Of a stretch of DNA of 64,000 nucleotides, positions 1-10,084 are shown piece after piece (position 1 is the stretch's first letter; every line of letters starts with the position of its first letter). A program made the position numbers and the translations under genes. The DNA is from Minisyncoccota bacterium (GTDB lineage: Bacteria; Patescibacteriota; Minisyncoccia; Phycocordibacterales; XYD1-FULL-46-19), in NCBI GenBank assembly GCA_041664425.1, contig JBAYKU010000001.1:29272-93271 (forward strand), in the 5' to 3' direction. Below the pieces are notes generated by a model. That model was not told where the DNA came from. It ran no database searches and saw nothing but the letters and a program-made list of their open reading frames with translations.

Positions 1-735
1 AAAACAATTTTTTCTTCCCTCCTCGTCGGCTTCCTCGTCATCGCCGGCTCTACCTATGCCGCCGCGCCAGCTTGTCCTGCTACTACTCCTGGCTGTAACC
101 CACCAATTAATGTTAGCAGTAATAATCAAACAAAAAATGGCGGCTTCGGCTTGGGAGGTAATTTTGGCCTCATTCTTAATAAGGTAGTTGATTTTAACTC
201 TGTCGGCACTGGCCGCTCTACTCCTGAATCTCAAATTGGAGCCGTGGCTTCCAACCTAAATATCTATGGTGGAGGATCAGCTGCGGCCAAGACTCGTAAA
301 GTGACCATCTTTGATTCTATTTGTGATAGTGCTGGTGTTTGTAAAACTGTGACTGAAATTGTGACAGGTGGCGGTGGAACTTCTGGGGTCTCTCAAATCA
401 CCGCTGGTACTAATGTGACGATCAGTCCGACAACTGGCACGGGGAATGTGACGGTGAATGCTAGTTTGCAAACAGAAACAAAAACCGGAAGTATTTCTTG
501 TCAAACCACCACCATTTCTGCTGGGTTTGCCAGTTGTAGCGGCAGTGCTACTTGTAGCACCGGTTATAAAATCATTTCTGGTGGCTGTGCTCTTGGTGGG
601 CCTAATGCGGCTGGACAGTTTGGGGCTTTTGCTATTTATTCATCTTACCCTTCTGGTTCAAGTTGGAGGTGCGCTGGTGCTTCACCTGCTTCTAATTTGA
701 GCGGTGGCACGGCTTATGCTATTTGTGCTAGATAA
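1..735 (+). CDS. Secreted Gly/Thr/Ser-rich protein with Cys pairs. It is 5'-partial and continues upstream of the window.
   Basis: Frame 1 is open from base 1. Translation begins KTIFSSLLVGFLVIAGSTYAAAPA, a signal-peptide-like hydrophobic segment, so the true start lies upstream. Stop at 733-735. Confidence 0.5.
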   Translation, partial: KTIFSSLLVGFLVIAGSTYAAAPACPATTPGCNPPINVSSNNQTKNGGFGLGGNFGLILNKVVDFNSVGTGRSTPESQIGAVASNLNIYGGGSAAAKTRKVTIFDSICDSAGVCKTVTEIVTGGGGTSGVSQITAGTNVTISPTTGTGNVTVNASLQTETKTGSISCQTTTISAGFASCSGSATCSTGYKIISGGCALGGPNAAGQFGAFAIYSSYPSGSSWRCAGASPASNLSGGTAYAICAR

Positions 736-752
736 TAATTAAAATTTTCTAA

Positions 753-787
753 CCCCGCGCGTCGTCAGACGCGCGGGGTTTTGTTTT
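753..787 (+). terminator. Rho-independent terminator
   Basis: Perfect 11-bp stem ccccgcgcgtc/gacgcgcgggg, loop gtca, then ttttgtttt. Confidence 0.65.
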
Positions 788-831
788 ACCCAAAATTTTT
801 GGTACTTAATCAGCTAACGGTGTATAATTTA

Positions 832-880
832 CCCAGTGGAATAAATTTGCTTTGCAAATTAGCTTTGCTATTCCACCGGG
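832..880. repeat. Hairpin repeat of the CCCNGTGGAATA...TATTCCACNGGG family
   Basis: cccagtggaata / tattccaccggg arms enclose an inner palindrome aatttgc-ttt-gcaaatt. Related copies at 33466-33535 and 54484-54599. Confidence 0.4.
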
Positions 881-882
881 GT

Positions 883-943
883 TCACCCTATGTGAATAAA
901 AATTTGTTTACAAATTTTAATTTTAAATTAGGACGAGGTGTCT
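883..943 (+). promoter_or_regulatory. Conserved promoter/operator block upstream of pilB (TTTACA-N16-TAGGAC), overlapped by a 9-2-9 palindrome AAAATTTGT-TT-ACAAATTTT.
   Basis: About 55 nt nearly identical to 12842-12891 upstream of the comEC locus. -35 at 907-912, -10-like at 929-934, palindrome at 899-918. Confidence 0.45.
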
Positions 944-1004
944 TAGTTATCGGGTGAAATTTTTATTACCACAATGTTTTTACATTATGAAATTATTAGG
1001 TTGG

Positions 1005-1030
1005 TTTAAAATTTATTCAATAGGGTAAAT
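1005..1030 (+). promoter_or_regulatory. Conserved 26-nt leader block TTTAAAATTTATTCAATAGGGTAAAT ending at the pilB start codon
   Basis: Identical sequence at 12958-12983, just upstream of the ORF at 12990. Confidence 0.4.
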
Positions 1031-2765
1031 GGATGGTTCCGATGCACAACTTAAAAGTTTTTTACTTGATTCACGTTTAATTTCCAAGGCGGATTTAGAG
1101 GTGGCTGAAAGTGAGGCTATTGATAGGGGTAGTAAACTCCAGGATATTATTGTCGGTAAAGGTTTGGTGACTGAGGATGACCTCCGACGAGTCAAAGCCC
1201 ACATGCTCGGTATTCCTTTTGTTGATTTGAAAAAAGAAAAAGTCGCCAAAGAAATTTTATCGTTGATTCCCGAACCGATTGCTCGCAAACATAATATTAT
1301 TGCTTATCGTCGCAGTGATATTGGTTTGGAAGTGGCCATGCTCGATCCGCTCGATCTCGAGGCTATTGATTTTCTTAAAAAAAGTTTGAGCTTGAAAGTT
1401 TTACCTCGTCTGACTGATGGTGAATCTATGAGCAATCTCCTGGTTCAGTATCAAAAAAGTCTCAAAGCGGAATTTGGCGATATTATTAGTCGGGAAGCAA
1501 AAATGATTGGTCGGGAAGGGGAAGTTGAAGATGCTGAGGGTTTAAAAAAACTCGCCGAAGATTTGCCAGTAGTTAAAATTGTTGATTCACTTCTCTCCCA
1601 CGCCATTTTGCAAAAAGCTTCTGATATTCATATTGAACCCTACGAAAAAGAATTGATTATTCGTTATCGTATTGATGGCCTTTTGCACGATGCCATGATT
1701 TTACCAAAAGGAGCTTCAGCAGGAGTAATCGCTAGAATCAAAGTTCTGTCCAATCTCCGTTTAGATGAGAAGCGCTTACCCCAAGATGGACGTTTTAAGA
1801 TTGAAAATGATAATCAGCGTGTAGCTTTTCGTGTTTCTATTTTACCGACTTATTTTGGCGAAAAGATTGTCATGCGCCTTTTACCTGACTCGGTTAGTGG
1901 TTTTACCCTCGAAGGTTTGGGTTTCCATGGTCAGTGGCTAGAGCGAATCCAGAGGGCTACCAAGTCTTCGGTGGGTATGATCCTGGTGACTGGCCCAACT
2001 GGTAGTGGTAAAACCACCACTCTATATACAGTGCTTGATATTTTAAACCAACCAGACGTTAATATTTCAACAGTTGAAGATCCTATCGAGTATCAATTAC
2101 CTCGCGTCAATCAAACTCAAGTCAAGCCGGAGATCGGCTTAACTTTTGGGTCTGGCCTGCGAGCCCTCGTTCGTCAGGATCCAGATATTATTATGGTGGG
2201 GGAAATCCGCGATAAAGAAACTGCCAACTTGGCGATTAACGCCGCTTTGACTGGTCACTTGGTCCTCTCTACTCTCCATACTAACTCAGCCTCCGGGTCA
2301 ATTCCTCGTTTCCTAGATATGGGAGCCGAGCCATTCCTATTGGTTTCTACTCTCAACATCGTCATTGCCCAACGCCTGGTGCGGAAATTAATAGTAGAGA
2401 AAACAGAAAAATATTTCTTGTCTGAGGCTGAAATAAAAGAATTAGATGAAAAAATTGATATGGATCGCGTGCTTGAAGCTTTGGTGGATGAAAAGATTGT
2501 GCCTGAAAAGACTACTTGGAAAAAGGTGCCATTTTATCGACCTTTGGCGGGAGAAGACGAGATTTATAGTGGCCGGATAGGTATCCATGAAGTGCTAGAA
2601 GTCTCTCGGGCGATCAAAGATATGATTATGAAAAATGCTACCGCTGATGAGATAGAAGATCAGGCTAAAAAAGAGGGGATGATTACCATGATGGAGGACG
2701 GCATTTTTAAAGCCGCGATGGGCGTCACCACTATCGAAGAGGTTTATAGGGCTACGGCCGAATAA
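1029..2765 (+). CDS. pilB: Type IV pilus assembly ATPase PilB (GspE family)
   Basis: 578 aa with a GspE N-terminal domain, Walker A motif GPTGSGKTTT, and typical secretion-ATPase motifs. Confidence 0.9.
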   Translation: MDGSDAQLKSFLLDSRLISKADLEVAESEAIDRGSKLQDIIVGKGLVTEDDLRRVKAHMLGIPFVDLKKEKVAKEILSLIPEPIARKHNIIAYRRSDIGLEVAMLDPLDLEAIDFLKKSLSLKVLPRLTDGESMSNLLVQYQKSLKAEFGDIISREAKMIGREGEVEDAEGLKKLAEDLPVVKIVDSLLSHAILQKASDIHIEPYEKELIIRYRIDGLLHDAMILPKGASAGVIARIKVLSNLRLDEKRLPQDGRFKIENDNQRVAFRVSILPTYFGEKIVMRLLPDSVSGFTLEGLGFHGQWLERIQRATKSSVGMILVTGPTGSGKTTTLYTVLDILNQPDVNISTVEDPIEYQLPRVNQTQVKPEIGLTFGSGLRALVRQDPDIIMVGEIRDKETANLAINAALTGHLVLSTLHTNSASGSIPRFLDMGAEPFLLVSTLNIVIAQRLVRKLIVEKTEKYFLSEAEIKELDEKIDMDRVLEALVDEKIVPEKTTWKKVPFYRPLAGEDEIYSGRIGIHEVLEVSRAIKDMIMKNATADEIEDQAKKEGMITMMEDGIFKAAMGVTTIEEVYRATAE

Positions 2766-2766
2766 A

Positions 2767-3993
2767 ATGAAATTTTCTTTTAAAGCTAAAAACATGGGGG
2801 GCGAAGAATTGTCTGCTGAGCGAGAAGCGGCGGATCGTTTTACTTTGGCTCGTGAATTACGAAATGAAGGTTGGGTGTTATTGGTGGCTGAAGATATTAG
2901 TAAGGTCAAAAAAACTTGGAAAGATAAAATTTCTTTTGGCTCGGTTTTTGTTGGAAGAATTAATCTAAAAGATAAAATTCAATTTGTAAACAATCTCGGA
3001 GCGATGGTGGGGGCTGGTCTACCTCTCTCACGAGCTTTGGCTGCTATTTCTCGACAGACCAAGAAAAAAAGCCTCAAAACCATGCTCGAATCGGTTGGAG
3101 CTCGAATCGGTCAGGGTGACAGCCTAAGTAAAGCTTTGGGCCAGTTCCCAGAAACTTTTCCAGAAATTTTTACCGCCATGATTAGTATGGCCGAAGAATC
3201 TGGCAAATTACCCGAGACCTTGAAAACTCTCGGCGATCAATTATCAAAAACTTATGATTTGAAACGCAAAATTAAAGGGGCCATGATTTATCCGGCAGTA
3301 ATAGTGACCGCTATTATTATTGTCGGAGTGTTGATGTTGATTTTTTTGATTCCAACCTTGGCTGCCACTTTTACTGAAATGAATGTGGAATTACCGATTT
3401 CTACCAGAATTGTTATTGGGGTAAGTAATTTGTTAGCCAATCATTATTTGGTTTTTATTATTTCCCTGCTGTTTTTGGTCGCCGGTGGTTTGAGTTTTGC
3501 TAGAACAAAAATCGGTTCACGGATGATTGATAAAGTAACGATGAAATTGCCGATGGTGGGTGAATTGGATAAAAAATATAATTCAGCGACGATTATGAGG
3601 ACTATTTCTTCTTTGGTTAGTGCGGGGGTTAGTTTAGTTGAATCTCTGGCTATCACTAAAAAAGTGGCGGGTAATGTTTTTTATCAAGAATTTTTGGCTT
3701 TAGCGACAGAAAAAATTCAAAAAGGTGTTAGCTTGTCATCAATTTTTAATGAACGAGAAGATTTGTTTCCGGTTTTTGTTGGAGAAATGACAATGGTGGG
3801 GGAGGAAACCGGTAAATTACCAGAAATGCTTTTGCGAGGAGCAGTTTTCTATGAGGAAGATGTTGATCAAGCCACTAAAAACTTATCAACGATTATTGAA
3901 CCAGTTTTAATGATTTTGATTGGTATTGCGGTGGGATTCTTTGCTGTTTCAATGTTGGGGCCAATGTATTCTCTTTCTAGTGCCATCAAGTAG
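2767..3993 (+). CDS. pilC: Type IV pilus inner-membrane platform protein PilC (GspF family)
   Basis: 408 aa with GspF-like repeats and three TM segments. Starts 2 nt after pilB. Confidence 0.9.
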   Translation: MKFSFKAKNMGGEELSAEREAADRFTLARELRNEGWVLLVAEDISKVKKTWKDKISFGSVFVGRINLKDKIQFVNNLGAMVGAGLPLSRALAAISRQTKKKSLKTMLESVGARIGQGDSLSKALGQFPETFPEIFTAMISMAEESGKLPETLKTLGDQLSKTYDLKRKIKGAMIYPAVIVTAIIIVGVLMLIFLIPTLAATFTEMNVELPISTRIVIGVSNLLANHYLVFIISLLFLVAGGLSFARTKIGSRMIDKVTMKLPMVGELDKKYNSATIMRTISSLVSAGVSLVESLAITKKVAGNVFYQEFLALATEKIQKGVSLSSIFNEREDLFPVFVGEMTMVGEETGKLPEMLLRGAVFYEEDVDQATKNLSTIIEPVLMILIGIAVGFFAVSMLGPMYSLSSAIK

Positions 3994-4000
3994 TTTAAAA

Positions 4001-5806
4001 ATGTTTATAAAAAATAAAAAAAATACTGCTGGGTATACCCTCGTAGAGGTTATCGTTTCCGTTGCGGTTTTTTTGGTGATAGCCACGGCGGTCTACGATG
4101 GTTATGTCAGTTTGCTTAGAATGATAACCAGTACTCGTTTAAAAACGGCGGCCATTGCTTTAGCTAACGAACAGCTCGAAATTGCCCATAATTTGCCATA
4201 TGATTCTATTGGGTTGGTTGATGGTATGCCAGCGGGTATTTTACCTCGTTTTGCCACCTCGACTCGCGACGGAGTACCTTTTTCTGTTCGTCTATCAATC
4301 CAAGATATTGATGATCTTTTTGATGGTCAGATTGGTGGCACCCCTAATGATTTAGCCCCTAATGACTACAAACGAGTTGAGGTGGAAATCTCCTGCTTAA
4401 CTTGTAAAAATTTTCAACCCTTTATCGCTTCTACTTTTATCGCCCCTAAAAATTTAGAGAACAATACTGGCAATGGAGCCCTCTTTGTTAAAGTGATTGA
4501 TGCTGACGGTTTGCCAATACCAGAAACTAACGTCCATATTGTTTTAGCTAGCACCACTAAAACAGTTGATATTTCAGAAACAACAAACAGTGTTGGAGTT
4601 TTTCAATTGGTAAATACTTATCCCGCTGATTTAGCATACAAAATATCGGTTTCTAAAACTGGTTATTCTAGTGCCAGGACCTACGCCATTGGTGAGGCTG
4701 GTATTGTTAACCCGGTTCAACCTAATGCTACGGTGGTGGCTGGGCAGGTAACCCAAGTAACTTTGGCTATAGATCGTTTGGCTAAAGTTAACATTAAAAC
4801 AATGAACCCTGTCTGTCAGGCTATTGGTAGTGTGCCAATAGTTTGGCGAGGAACAAAAATTTTAGGAACTGATCCTGATGTTTTTAAAATAGATAGCACT
4901 ATTTACACAGACAGTTCTGGTCTGAAAAATATTGTTGACGCTGAATGGGATACCTATACTCTTATTCCCAACATGTCTGGTTATGCCTTGGCTGGTTCAT
5001 TGCCTCTACAATCTTTAGCAGTGGCTCCTGGATCGAGCAATGACGTTTCAATGATTTTAGTGCCAGCTATTCCTCGGGGTCTCTTGGTCTCAGTCAAAGA
5101 TGCTGCGACTGGTCTACCTCTGGCTAATAGTGATGTTCATTTGTCTGGCGGAAGTTTTGATGACACTATGACGACTAATCGTGGTTTTTGGTCTCAGACA
5201 GATTGGTCAGGAGGAGAGGGTCAGATTTTATGGTCAGATATTAGTCAGTATGCCTCTAGTAGTGATATTGACATCATTAATCCGGTTGGCGATTTGAAGT
5301 TGGTTAAAACTGGTTCAGATTATGCTCCCTCAGGCTGGTTAGAGTCATCCGTTTTTAATACGGGCTCAGAAAATACCTCTTACTATCAAATTGGTTGGTT
5401 GCCGTTGAATCAGCCAGCATCAGCCGGCTATGGTGATGTTAGATTGCAGTTGGCGGTCAACAATGATCCAGCTACTACTACGTGGAATTTTACTGGCCCT
5501 GATGGTACGGCTGATACTTTTTATACTGCCACTACCACTGCTATCAGTTCAACCCTCAATAATTACCAGTATATTCGTTATAAAATTTTTCTACAGACTT
5601 TAGATCTGGCTGTTACTCCGGTGATTTCTGATATGCGTTTAACTTATAGTTCAGAGTGTTTACCTTTTGGTCAGGTTTATTTTGATGGTTTGCCGTCTGG
5701 AACTTATAATTTATCTGTTGGACGCACCGGCTACCAAACGGACACCCAAACTTTTGATTTAAATAGTAATTGGCAAAGCAAGGAAATTCAACTTTCACCA
5801 CAATGA
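4001..5806 (+). CDS. Large pseudopilin-like protein with an N-terminal prepilin (class III) signal
   Basis: Starts MFIKNKKNTAGYTLVEVIVSVAVFLV, i.e. the G|YTLVE prepilin cleavage/methylation motif, then a roughly 570-aa beta-rich C-terminal region. Start chosen at ATG 4001, just after the pilC stop. Confidence 0.6.
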   Translation: MFIKNKKNTAGYTLVEVIVSVAVFLVIATAVYDGYVSLLRMITSTRLKTAAIALANEQLEIAHNLPYDSIGLVDGMPAGILPRFATSTRDGVPFSVRLSIQDIDDLFDGQIGGTPNDLAPNDYKRVEVEISCLTCKNFQPFIASTFIAPKNLENNTGNGALFVKVIDADGLPIPETNVHIVLASTTKTVDISETTNSVGVFQLVNTYPADLAYKISVSKTGYSSARTYAIGEAGIVNPVQPNATVVAGQVTQVTLAIDRLAKVNIKTMNPVCQAIGSVPIVWRGTKILGTDPDVFKIDSTIYTDSSGLKNIVDAEWDTYTLIPNMSGYALAGSLPLQSLAVAPGSSNDVSMILVPAIPRGLLVSVKDAATGLPLANSDVHLSGGSFDDTMTTNRGFWSQTDWSGGEGQILWSDISQYASSSDIDIINPVGDLKLVKTGSDYAPSGWLESSVFNTGSENTSYYQIGWLPLNQPASAGYGDVRLQLAVNNDPATTTWNFTGPDGTADTFYTATTTAISSTLNNYQYIRYKIFLQTLDLAVTPVISDMRLTYSSECLPFGQVYFDGLPSGTYNLSVGRTGYQTDTQTFDLNSNWQSKEIQLSPQ

Positions 5807-6420
5807 TAAAAAACATTAACAACAAAAAACTAGGCTTTTCTCTTATAGAGATTTTAGTCGTGATGGGAATCGTTGTTTTGATTGGTGGTTCTGTCGCTAC
5901 TTTTCAGCGTGATGTTATTGTCCATAACAGCATGATTCAATCTGGAGCGATAGCAGAAGATGGCGTTAGAAATACTTTGCGTCAAGTTATTGGTGAGTTG
6001 CGCAGCGCTTCTCCCGCTCAAACTGGGGCTTATCTTCTATCGGCCGTCGCTACTAATACCATTACTTTTTATAGTGATATTGATAGTGATGGTCTGCGCG
6101 AACGGGTTAGATATTTTCTCTCTGGCACTGATTTTAAAAAAGGTATCGTTAAACCAACTGGTCAGCCATATATCTACAATATTGCCAATGAGCAAATTAG
6201 AACCGTTTCGCCCAATGTCATTAATGCCACTACTTCCATTTTTTCTTATTACGATACCAACTATAATGGTTCTAGTTCTGCCCTCAGTCTGCCAATTGAT
6301 ATCGCCAAAGTGCGTTTGATTAAAATAAATGTCGGGATTGATCCTAATCCTGGTCGCCCCTTGCAAGCGATGTGGGTATCTTCGCAAGTAATGATTAGGA
6401 ATCTAAAAGATAATTTTTAA
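5803..6420 (+). CDS. Pseudopilin (minor pilin) with a prepilin N-terminus
   Basis: MIKNINNKKLGFSLIEILVVMGIVVL carries the G|FSLIE motif. Its ATGA overlaps the upstream stop, suggesting translational coupling. Confidence 0.6.
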   Translation: MIKNINNKKLGFSLIEILVVMGIVVLIGGSVATFQRDVIVHNSMIQSGAIAEDGVRNTLRQVIGELRSASPAQTGAYLLSAVATNTITFYSDIDSDGLRERVRYFLSGTDFKKGIVKPTGQPYIYNIANEQIRTVSPNVINATTSIFSYYDTNYNGSSSALSLPIDIAKVRLIKINVGIDPNPGRPLQAMWVSSQVMIRNLKDNF

Positions 6421-6422
6421 AA

Positions 6423-7841
6423 ATGGAAAGATTGTTATTTAAAAAGAAAAGTGGCTACCTCCTGATTTCTGTCTTGGTTTTTGGGTCTATCGGCGCCATG
6501 ATTATTGGAGTCTTAACTACTTGGCTGGGCACTAATTGGCGAGCAACGATTCAAGTTTCTGAAAGAGAGAGGTCTTTCCAGATTGCTGAAGCTGGAATTG
6601 AATATTATCGTTGGCACTTAGCGCACAGTCCGTTGGATTTTAAGGATGGTACGACGGTTGCTGGTCCCTATGTTCATGAGTTTAGAGACCGGGACAACAA
6701 TTTAATTGGTAGTTTTGAGTTGATTATTACTCCACCTTTGACTGGCTCAACAATTGTCACTATTTTATCTCGTGGCCGAGTAGTCGGTAGCACGGCGACA
6801 AGAGCGATTGAGGTTAAAATGGCGGTACCTTCTCTGGCAAAATACGCAGTGGTGGCCAATAACGTGATGCGCTTTGGTGAGGGAACCGTGACTGTGGGCC
6901 CAATTCACTCCAATGGCGGTATCCGCTTTGATGGGGTAGCTCAAAATTTAGTGACTAGCGCCAAAGATAAATATACCGACCCTGACAGTCCATACGAGCT
7001 AGCTTTTGGTGTTCATACCCACTCCGGTTCCGATGATCCTTCTCCACCTGCCAGTATGCCTAGCCGAGTAGATGTTTTTCAATCCGGTCGGCTATTTCCT
7101 CTGCCTGCGGTTGACTTCTCTGGCTTCACGGCCGATCTGGCTCAAATCAAGACGGATGCTCAGTTTACTGGTAAATATTTTGGTTCGTCTGGTAGCCTTG
7201 GTTACAATATTATTTTAAAAACTGATAATACTTTTGATGTCAAAAAAGTAACGTCACTAGTTTCACCAGACAGTAATTGCTCTACTGATGGTACGACGGG
7301 GTGGGGGACTTGGTCTATTGGAAATACTAGTGCGGTTGGCAATTACCCAATCCCGGCCAATGGACTGATTTTTGCTGAGGATAATGTTTGGGTGGAAGGG
7401 CAAATTAACAATTCTCGAGTAACAATTGTCGCTGCGACTTTTCCTGAAACAACCAATACCTCTAAGAGTATTACTATTAATAAAGACGTTCTCTATACCA
7501 ACTATGATGGTCGAGATGTTATTTCCCTGATCGCTCAGAAAGATATAAATGTGGGACAAGTCAGTGATAATGATTTGCGTATAGATGCTGCCTTGGTGGC
7601 AAAAAATGGTCGCGCGGGTAGATACTACTATAGTACTAGCTGTGATTATAATTCACGTAATTCTTTGACCTTGTATGGCATGATTGCGACCAATAACCGC
7701 TACGGTTTTGCCTATACCAATGGCACTGGTTACGACACACGCAATTTGATCTATGATGGTAATTTGTTGTATGGCCCTCCGCCGTCATTTCCTCTGACAG
7801 CAGAAAACTACGTTGTGATTTCATGGCGAGAGGTTAGGTAA
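6423..7841 (+). CDS. Type IV pilus minor pilin/assembly protein with a PilX-N-like hydrophobic N-terminus
   Basis: N-terminus KKSGYLLISVLVFGSIGAMIIGV resembles the PilX N-terminal domain. It is the last gene of the pilB-pilC operon. Confidence 0.5.
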   Translation: MERLLFKKKSGYLLISVLVFGSIGAMIIGVLTTWLGTNWRATIQVSERERSFQIAEAGIEYYRWHLAHSPLDFKDGTTVAGPYVHEFRDRDNNLIGSFELIITPPLTGSTIVTILSRGRVVGSTATRAIEVKMAVPSLAKYAVVANNVMRFGEGTVTVGPIHSNGGIRFDGVAQNLVTSAKDKYTDPDSPYELAFGVHTHSGSDDPSPPASMPSRVDVFQSGRLFPLPAVDFSGFTADLAQIKTDAQFTGKYFGSSGSLGYNIILKTDNTFDVKKVTSLVSPDSNCSTDGTTGWGTWSIGNTSAVGNYPIPANGLIFAEDNVWVEGQINNSRVTIVAATFPETTNTSKSITINKDVLYTNYDGRDVISLIAQKDINVGQVSDNDLRIDAALVAKNGRAGRYYYSTSCDYNSRNSLTLYGMIATNNRYGFAYTNGTGYDTRNLIYDGNLLYGPPPSFPLTAENYVVISWREVR

Positions 7842-7858
7842 CCATTAGTTTTTAAGAT

Positions 7859-7893
7859 AATCACCAGCACGCTTCGCGTGCTGGTGATTTTTT
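7859..7893 (+). terminator. Rho-independent terminator after the pilus operon
   Basis: aatcaccagcacgc-ttcg-gcgtgctggtgatt followed by tttttg. Confidence 0.65.
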
Positions 7894-7907
7894 GTTAGAA
7901 TAGGCCC

Positions 7908-8675
7908 ATGAAAAAACTAATTATCGGCAATTGGAAGATGAACCCCACCAGCCTCGCCGAGGCCAAGAAGATTTATACCGGGGTCAAAACAAAAGTTAGT
8001 GGTTTGCGCAATGTCAGTGTGGCTATTTGCCCACCCACCGTCTATCTCGGTGTCTTTTCTGCTACTTCTAAAGGTAAAACTAGCTTGATGTTGGGCGCCC
8101 AAGACACTCACTGGCAAGAATCCGGGGCTAGTACGGGTAATATTTCACCTTTAATGCTTAAAGACCTAAAAACTAGCTATGTTTTAGTGGGTCATTCTGA
8201 GCGACGGGCGACCGGGGAGACTGATGAACAGGTCAAACTAAAAATTAAAGCTATCCAAGAATATAAAATGACCTCTGTCCTCTGTGTGGGCGAAAAAGAA
8301 CGAGATGAAAGTGGTCATTATTTGGCGGTAATTAAGCGTCAGATTGAAGATGGCCTGGAGGGATTACCTAAAAAAGCGGCTGAAAAATTAGTGATTGCTT
8401 ATGAACCGGTTTGGGCTATTGGTAAGGAGGCTAAGGGGGTAGAGACACCAGAAGGTTTCAATCATAATATGATTTTTATTCGTAAAACTCTCAGCTATAT
8501 TTTTGGTCAGAAAGAAGCTCTCAAAATCCCTATTCTTTATGGTGGTTCTGTCTCTTCTAAAAATGCCGATAGTTTCCTGCGTGAAGGTCGGGCTGATGGT
8601 CTATTGGTTGGCCGGGATTCTTTGACCGCCAGCAGTTTCGTTGAAATCATTAAAATTGCCAATCAAATAAAGTAG
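7908..8675 (+). CDS. tpiA: Triosephosphate isomerase
   Basis: MKKLIIGNWKMNPT with conserved TIM motifs. 255 aa. Confidence 0.9.
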   Translation: MKKLIIGNWKMNPTSLAEAKKIYTGVKTKVSGLRNVSVAICPPTVYLGVFSATSKGKTSLMLGAQDTHWQESGASTGNISPLMLKDLKTSYVLVGHSERRATGETDEQVKLKIKAIQEYKMTSVLCVGEKERDESGHYLAVIKRQIEDGLEGLPKKAAEKLVIAYEPVWAIGKEAKGVETPEGFNHNMIFIRKTLSYIFGQKEALKIPILYGGSVSSKNADSFLREGRADGLLVGRDSLTASSFVEIIKIANQIK

Positions 8676-8683
8676 TTAAAAAA

Positions 8684-9790
8684 ATGAAATTATTAAAAAA
8701 TTTACAAAAGGCTGGTTTAAAAGGAAAGCGGGTTTTGGTGCGGGCTGATTTTAATGTGCCTGTGCGCAATGGTAAAGTGACTGAAGCTATGCGCATTGAT
8801 GAAACCTTGCTCACAATTAAATTTTTACTAAAAAATGGTGCCCAAGTTATTTTAATTAGTCATATTGGTGATGATGGTTCAACGAGTTTGCGACCAGTAG
8901 CCAAATACCTGTTGACTAAAAAGTTATCTGTAAAATTCGTTTCTGATTTTGCTTCGGTTGCTAAAGCTAAGGAGTCTATAATCTTAATGGAAAATATCCG
9001 TCGGTTTGAGGGCGAAAAGAAAAATGATCCTGTTTTAGCTAAACAATTGGCGATGTTGGCCGATCTTTATGTTAATGAGGCTTTTTCGGTTAGTCACCGC
9101 GAGCATGCTTCGGTGGTAGGGGTGCCAAAATTGTTGCCGAGTTATGCTGGTCTGCATTTAGTGGAGGAATTGGATTATTTGAAAAAAGTTTTTAAACCAG
9201 ACTTGCCTCTGGTGATGGTTGTGGGTGGTGCCAAATTTAAAACCAAATTTCCTTTATTAAAAAAGTTTTGTCCCAAAGCTCAAATAGTTTGTGTGGGAGG
9301 TGCTTTGGGCAACACTTTAATTAAGGCTCGAGGTTATGAAGTGGGGGTGTCTTTGGTGGATGACATAACGCCAGAAATAAAAAAAATGGCTAAGAGTAAA
9401 AAAATTATTCTACCCGTTGATTTTGTGGTGACCGGAAAGAAAAAAGGGGATTTCTTTGTAAAAAAGGTGGGAGAATTAACAACGACGGATAAAATTGTTG
9501 ATCCTGGTCCTTCCACCTCAAAACTGTTCGCTGAGAAAATTGCTGGTGCTAAAACTTTGCTTTGGAATGGTCCACTCGGTCTAATCGAAGATGGCTTTGT
9601 TCATGCGACAATTTTTCTCGCTCGCAATATCCCCAAGGGTTGTTTTTCTGTTTTGGGTGGAGGGGATTCAGTTGAAGCTTTACGTCAAGCTAGATTGCTC
9701 AAAAAATTATCTTTTGTTTCCACTGGTGGCGGAGCGATGCTTCAATATTTGGCTACTGGCAAGTTGCCCGGAATTTCTGCTCTGAAATAA
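8684..9790 (+). CDS. pgk: Phosphoglycerate kinase
   Basis: VLVRADFNVP motif. 368 aa. Confidence 0.9.
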   Translation: MKLLKNLQKAGLKGKRVLVRADFNVPVRNGKVTEAMRIDETLLTIKFLLKNGAQVILISHIGDDGSTSLRPVAKYLLTKKLSVKFVSDFASVAKAKESIILMENIRRFEGEKKNDPVLAKQLAMLADLYVNEAFSVSHREHASVVGVPKLLPSYAGLHLVEELDYLKKVFKPDLPLVMVVGGAKFKTKFPLLKKFCPKAQIVCVGGALGNTLIKARGYEVGVSLVDDITPEIKKMAKSKKIILPVDFVVTGKKKGDFFVKKVGELTTTDKIVDPGPSTSKLFAEKIAGAKTLLWNGPLGLIEDGFVHATIFLARNIPKGCFSVLGGGDSVEALRQARLLKKLSFVSTGGGAMLQYLATGKLPGISALK

Positions 9791-9804
9791 TTGGCTAAAA
9801 AGAA

Positions 9805-9840
9805 AATAGCCCTGTTCGCTAGTGGCGAGCAGGGCTATTG
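9805..9840 (+). terminator. Putative terminator hairpin after pgk
   Basis: atagccctgttcgc-tagtg-gcgagcagggctat with a weak U-tract. Confidence 0.4.
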
Positions 9841-10084
9841 TGGTGAGGAAGAAAGGAGATTTTCTATCATTTCCTGAGAGAATTGTCCGGGTGCGCACGA
9901 GTTTCTGTGATGATAATAGGCAACATGGCGCCGATTACACAGTTTGTTGTTGGGACAGGACGAACAATGCTCTTTTCCCCATTCGTAATGGTCGGTAGAA
10001 CTAAAATACTTTTGCTGTCTAGGGCAGAAGATGAGCATCATAGCTACTTCTCCAGTTGGGGTTGACCTGATTTTCTATCTTCAA

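Noticed and set aside
1-735. Diversity-generating retroelement target (C-type-lectin variable region) in the Gly/Thr-rich secreted protein or the GC-rich secreted proteins
   Set aside because: There is no reverse transcriptase in the window, no AAC-rich VR-like codon pattern, and no template/variable repeat pair differing at adenines.
3920-4000. Upstream in-frame extension of the pseudopilin ORF (track start 3920) and similar extensions at 5770, 13306, 17430, 36200, 39183 and 55376
   Set aside because: The extensions overlap the preceding gene or a terminator. Downstream ATGs give canonical N-termini (prepilin motif, S12 MPTINQL, SecY, the ABC Walker region, the FtsH TM), so the shorter starts were used.
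9835-10065. Cys-containing 68-aa (-) and 60-aa (+) ORFs in the pgk/HIT convergent spacer
   Set aside because: No RBS or promoter context and they overlap each other. Kept only as a note that the 245-bp spacer is unusually long.
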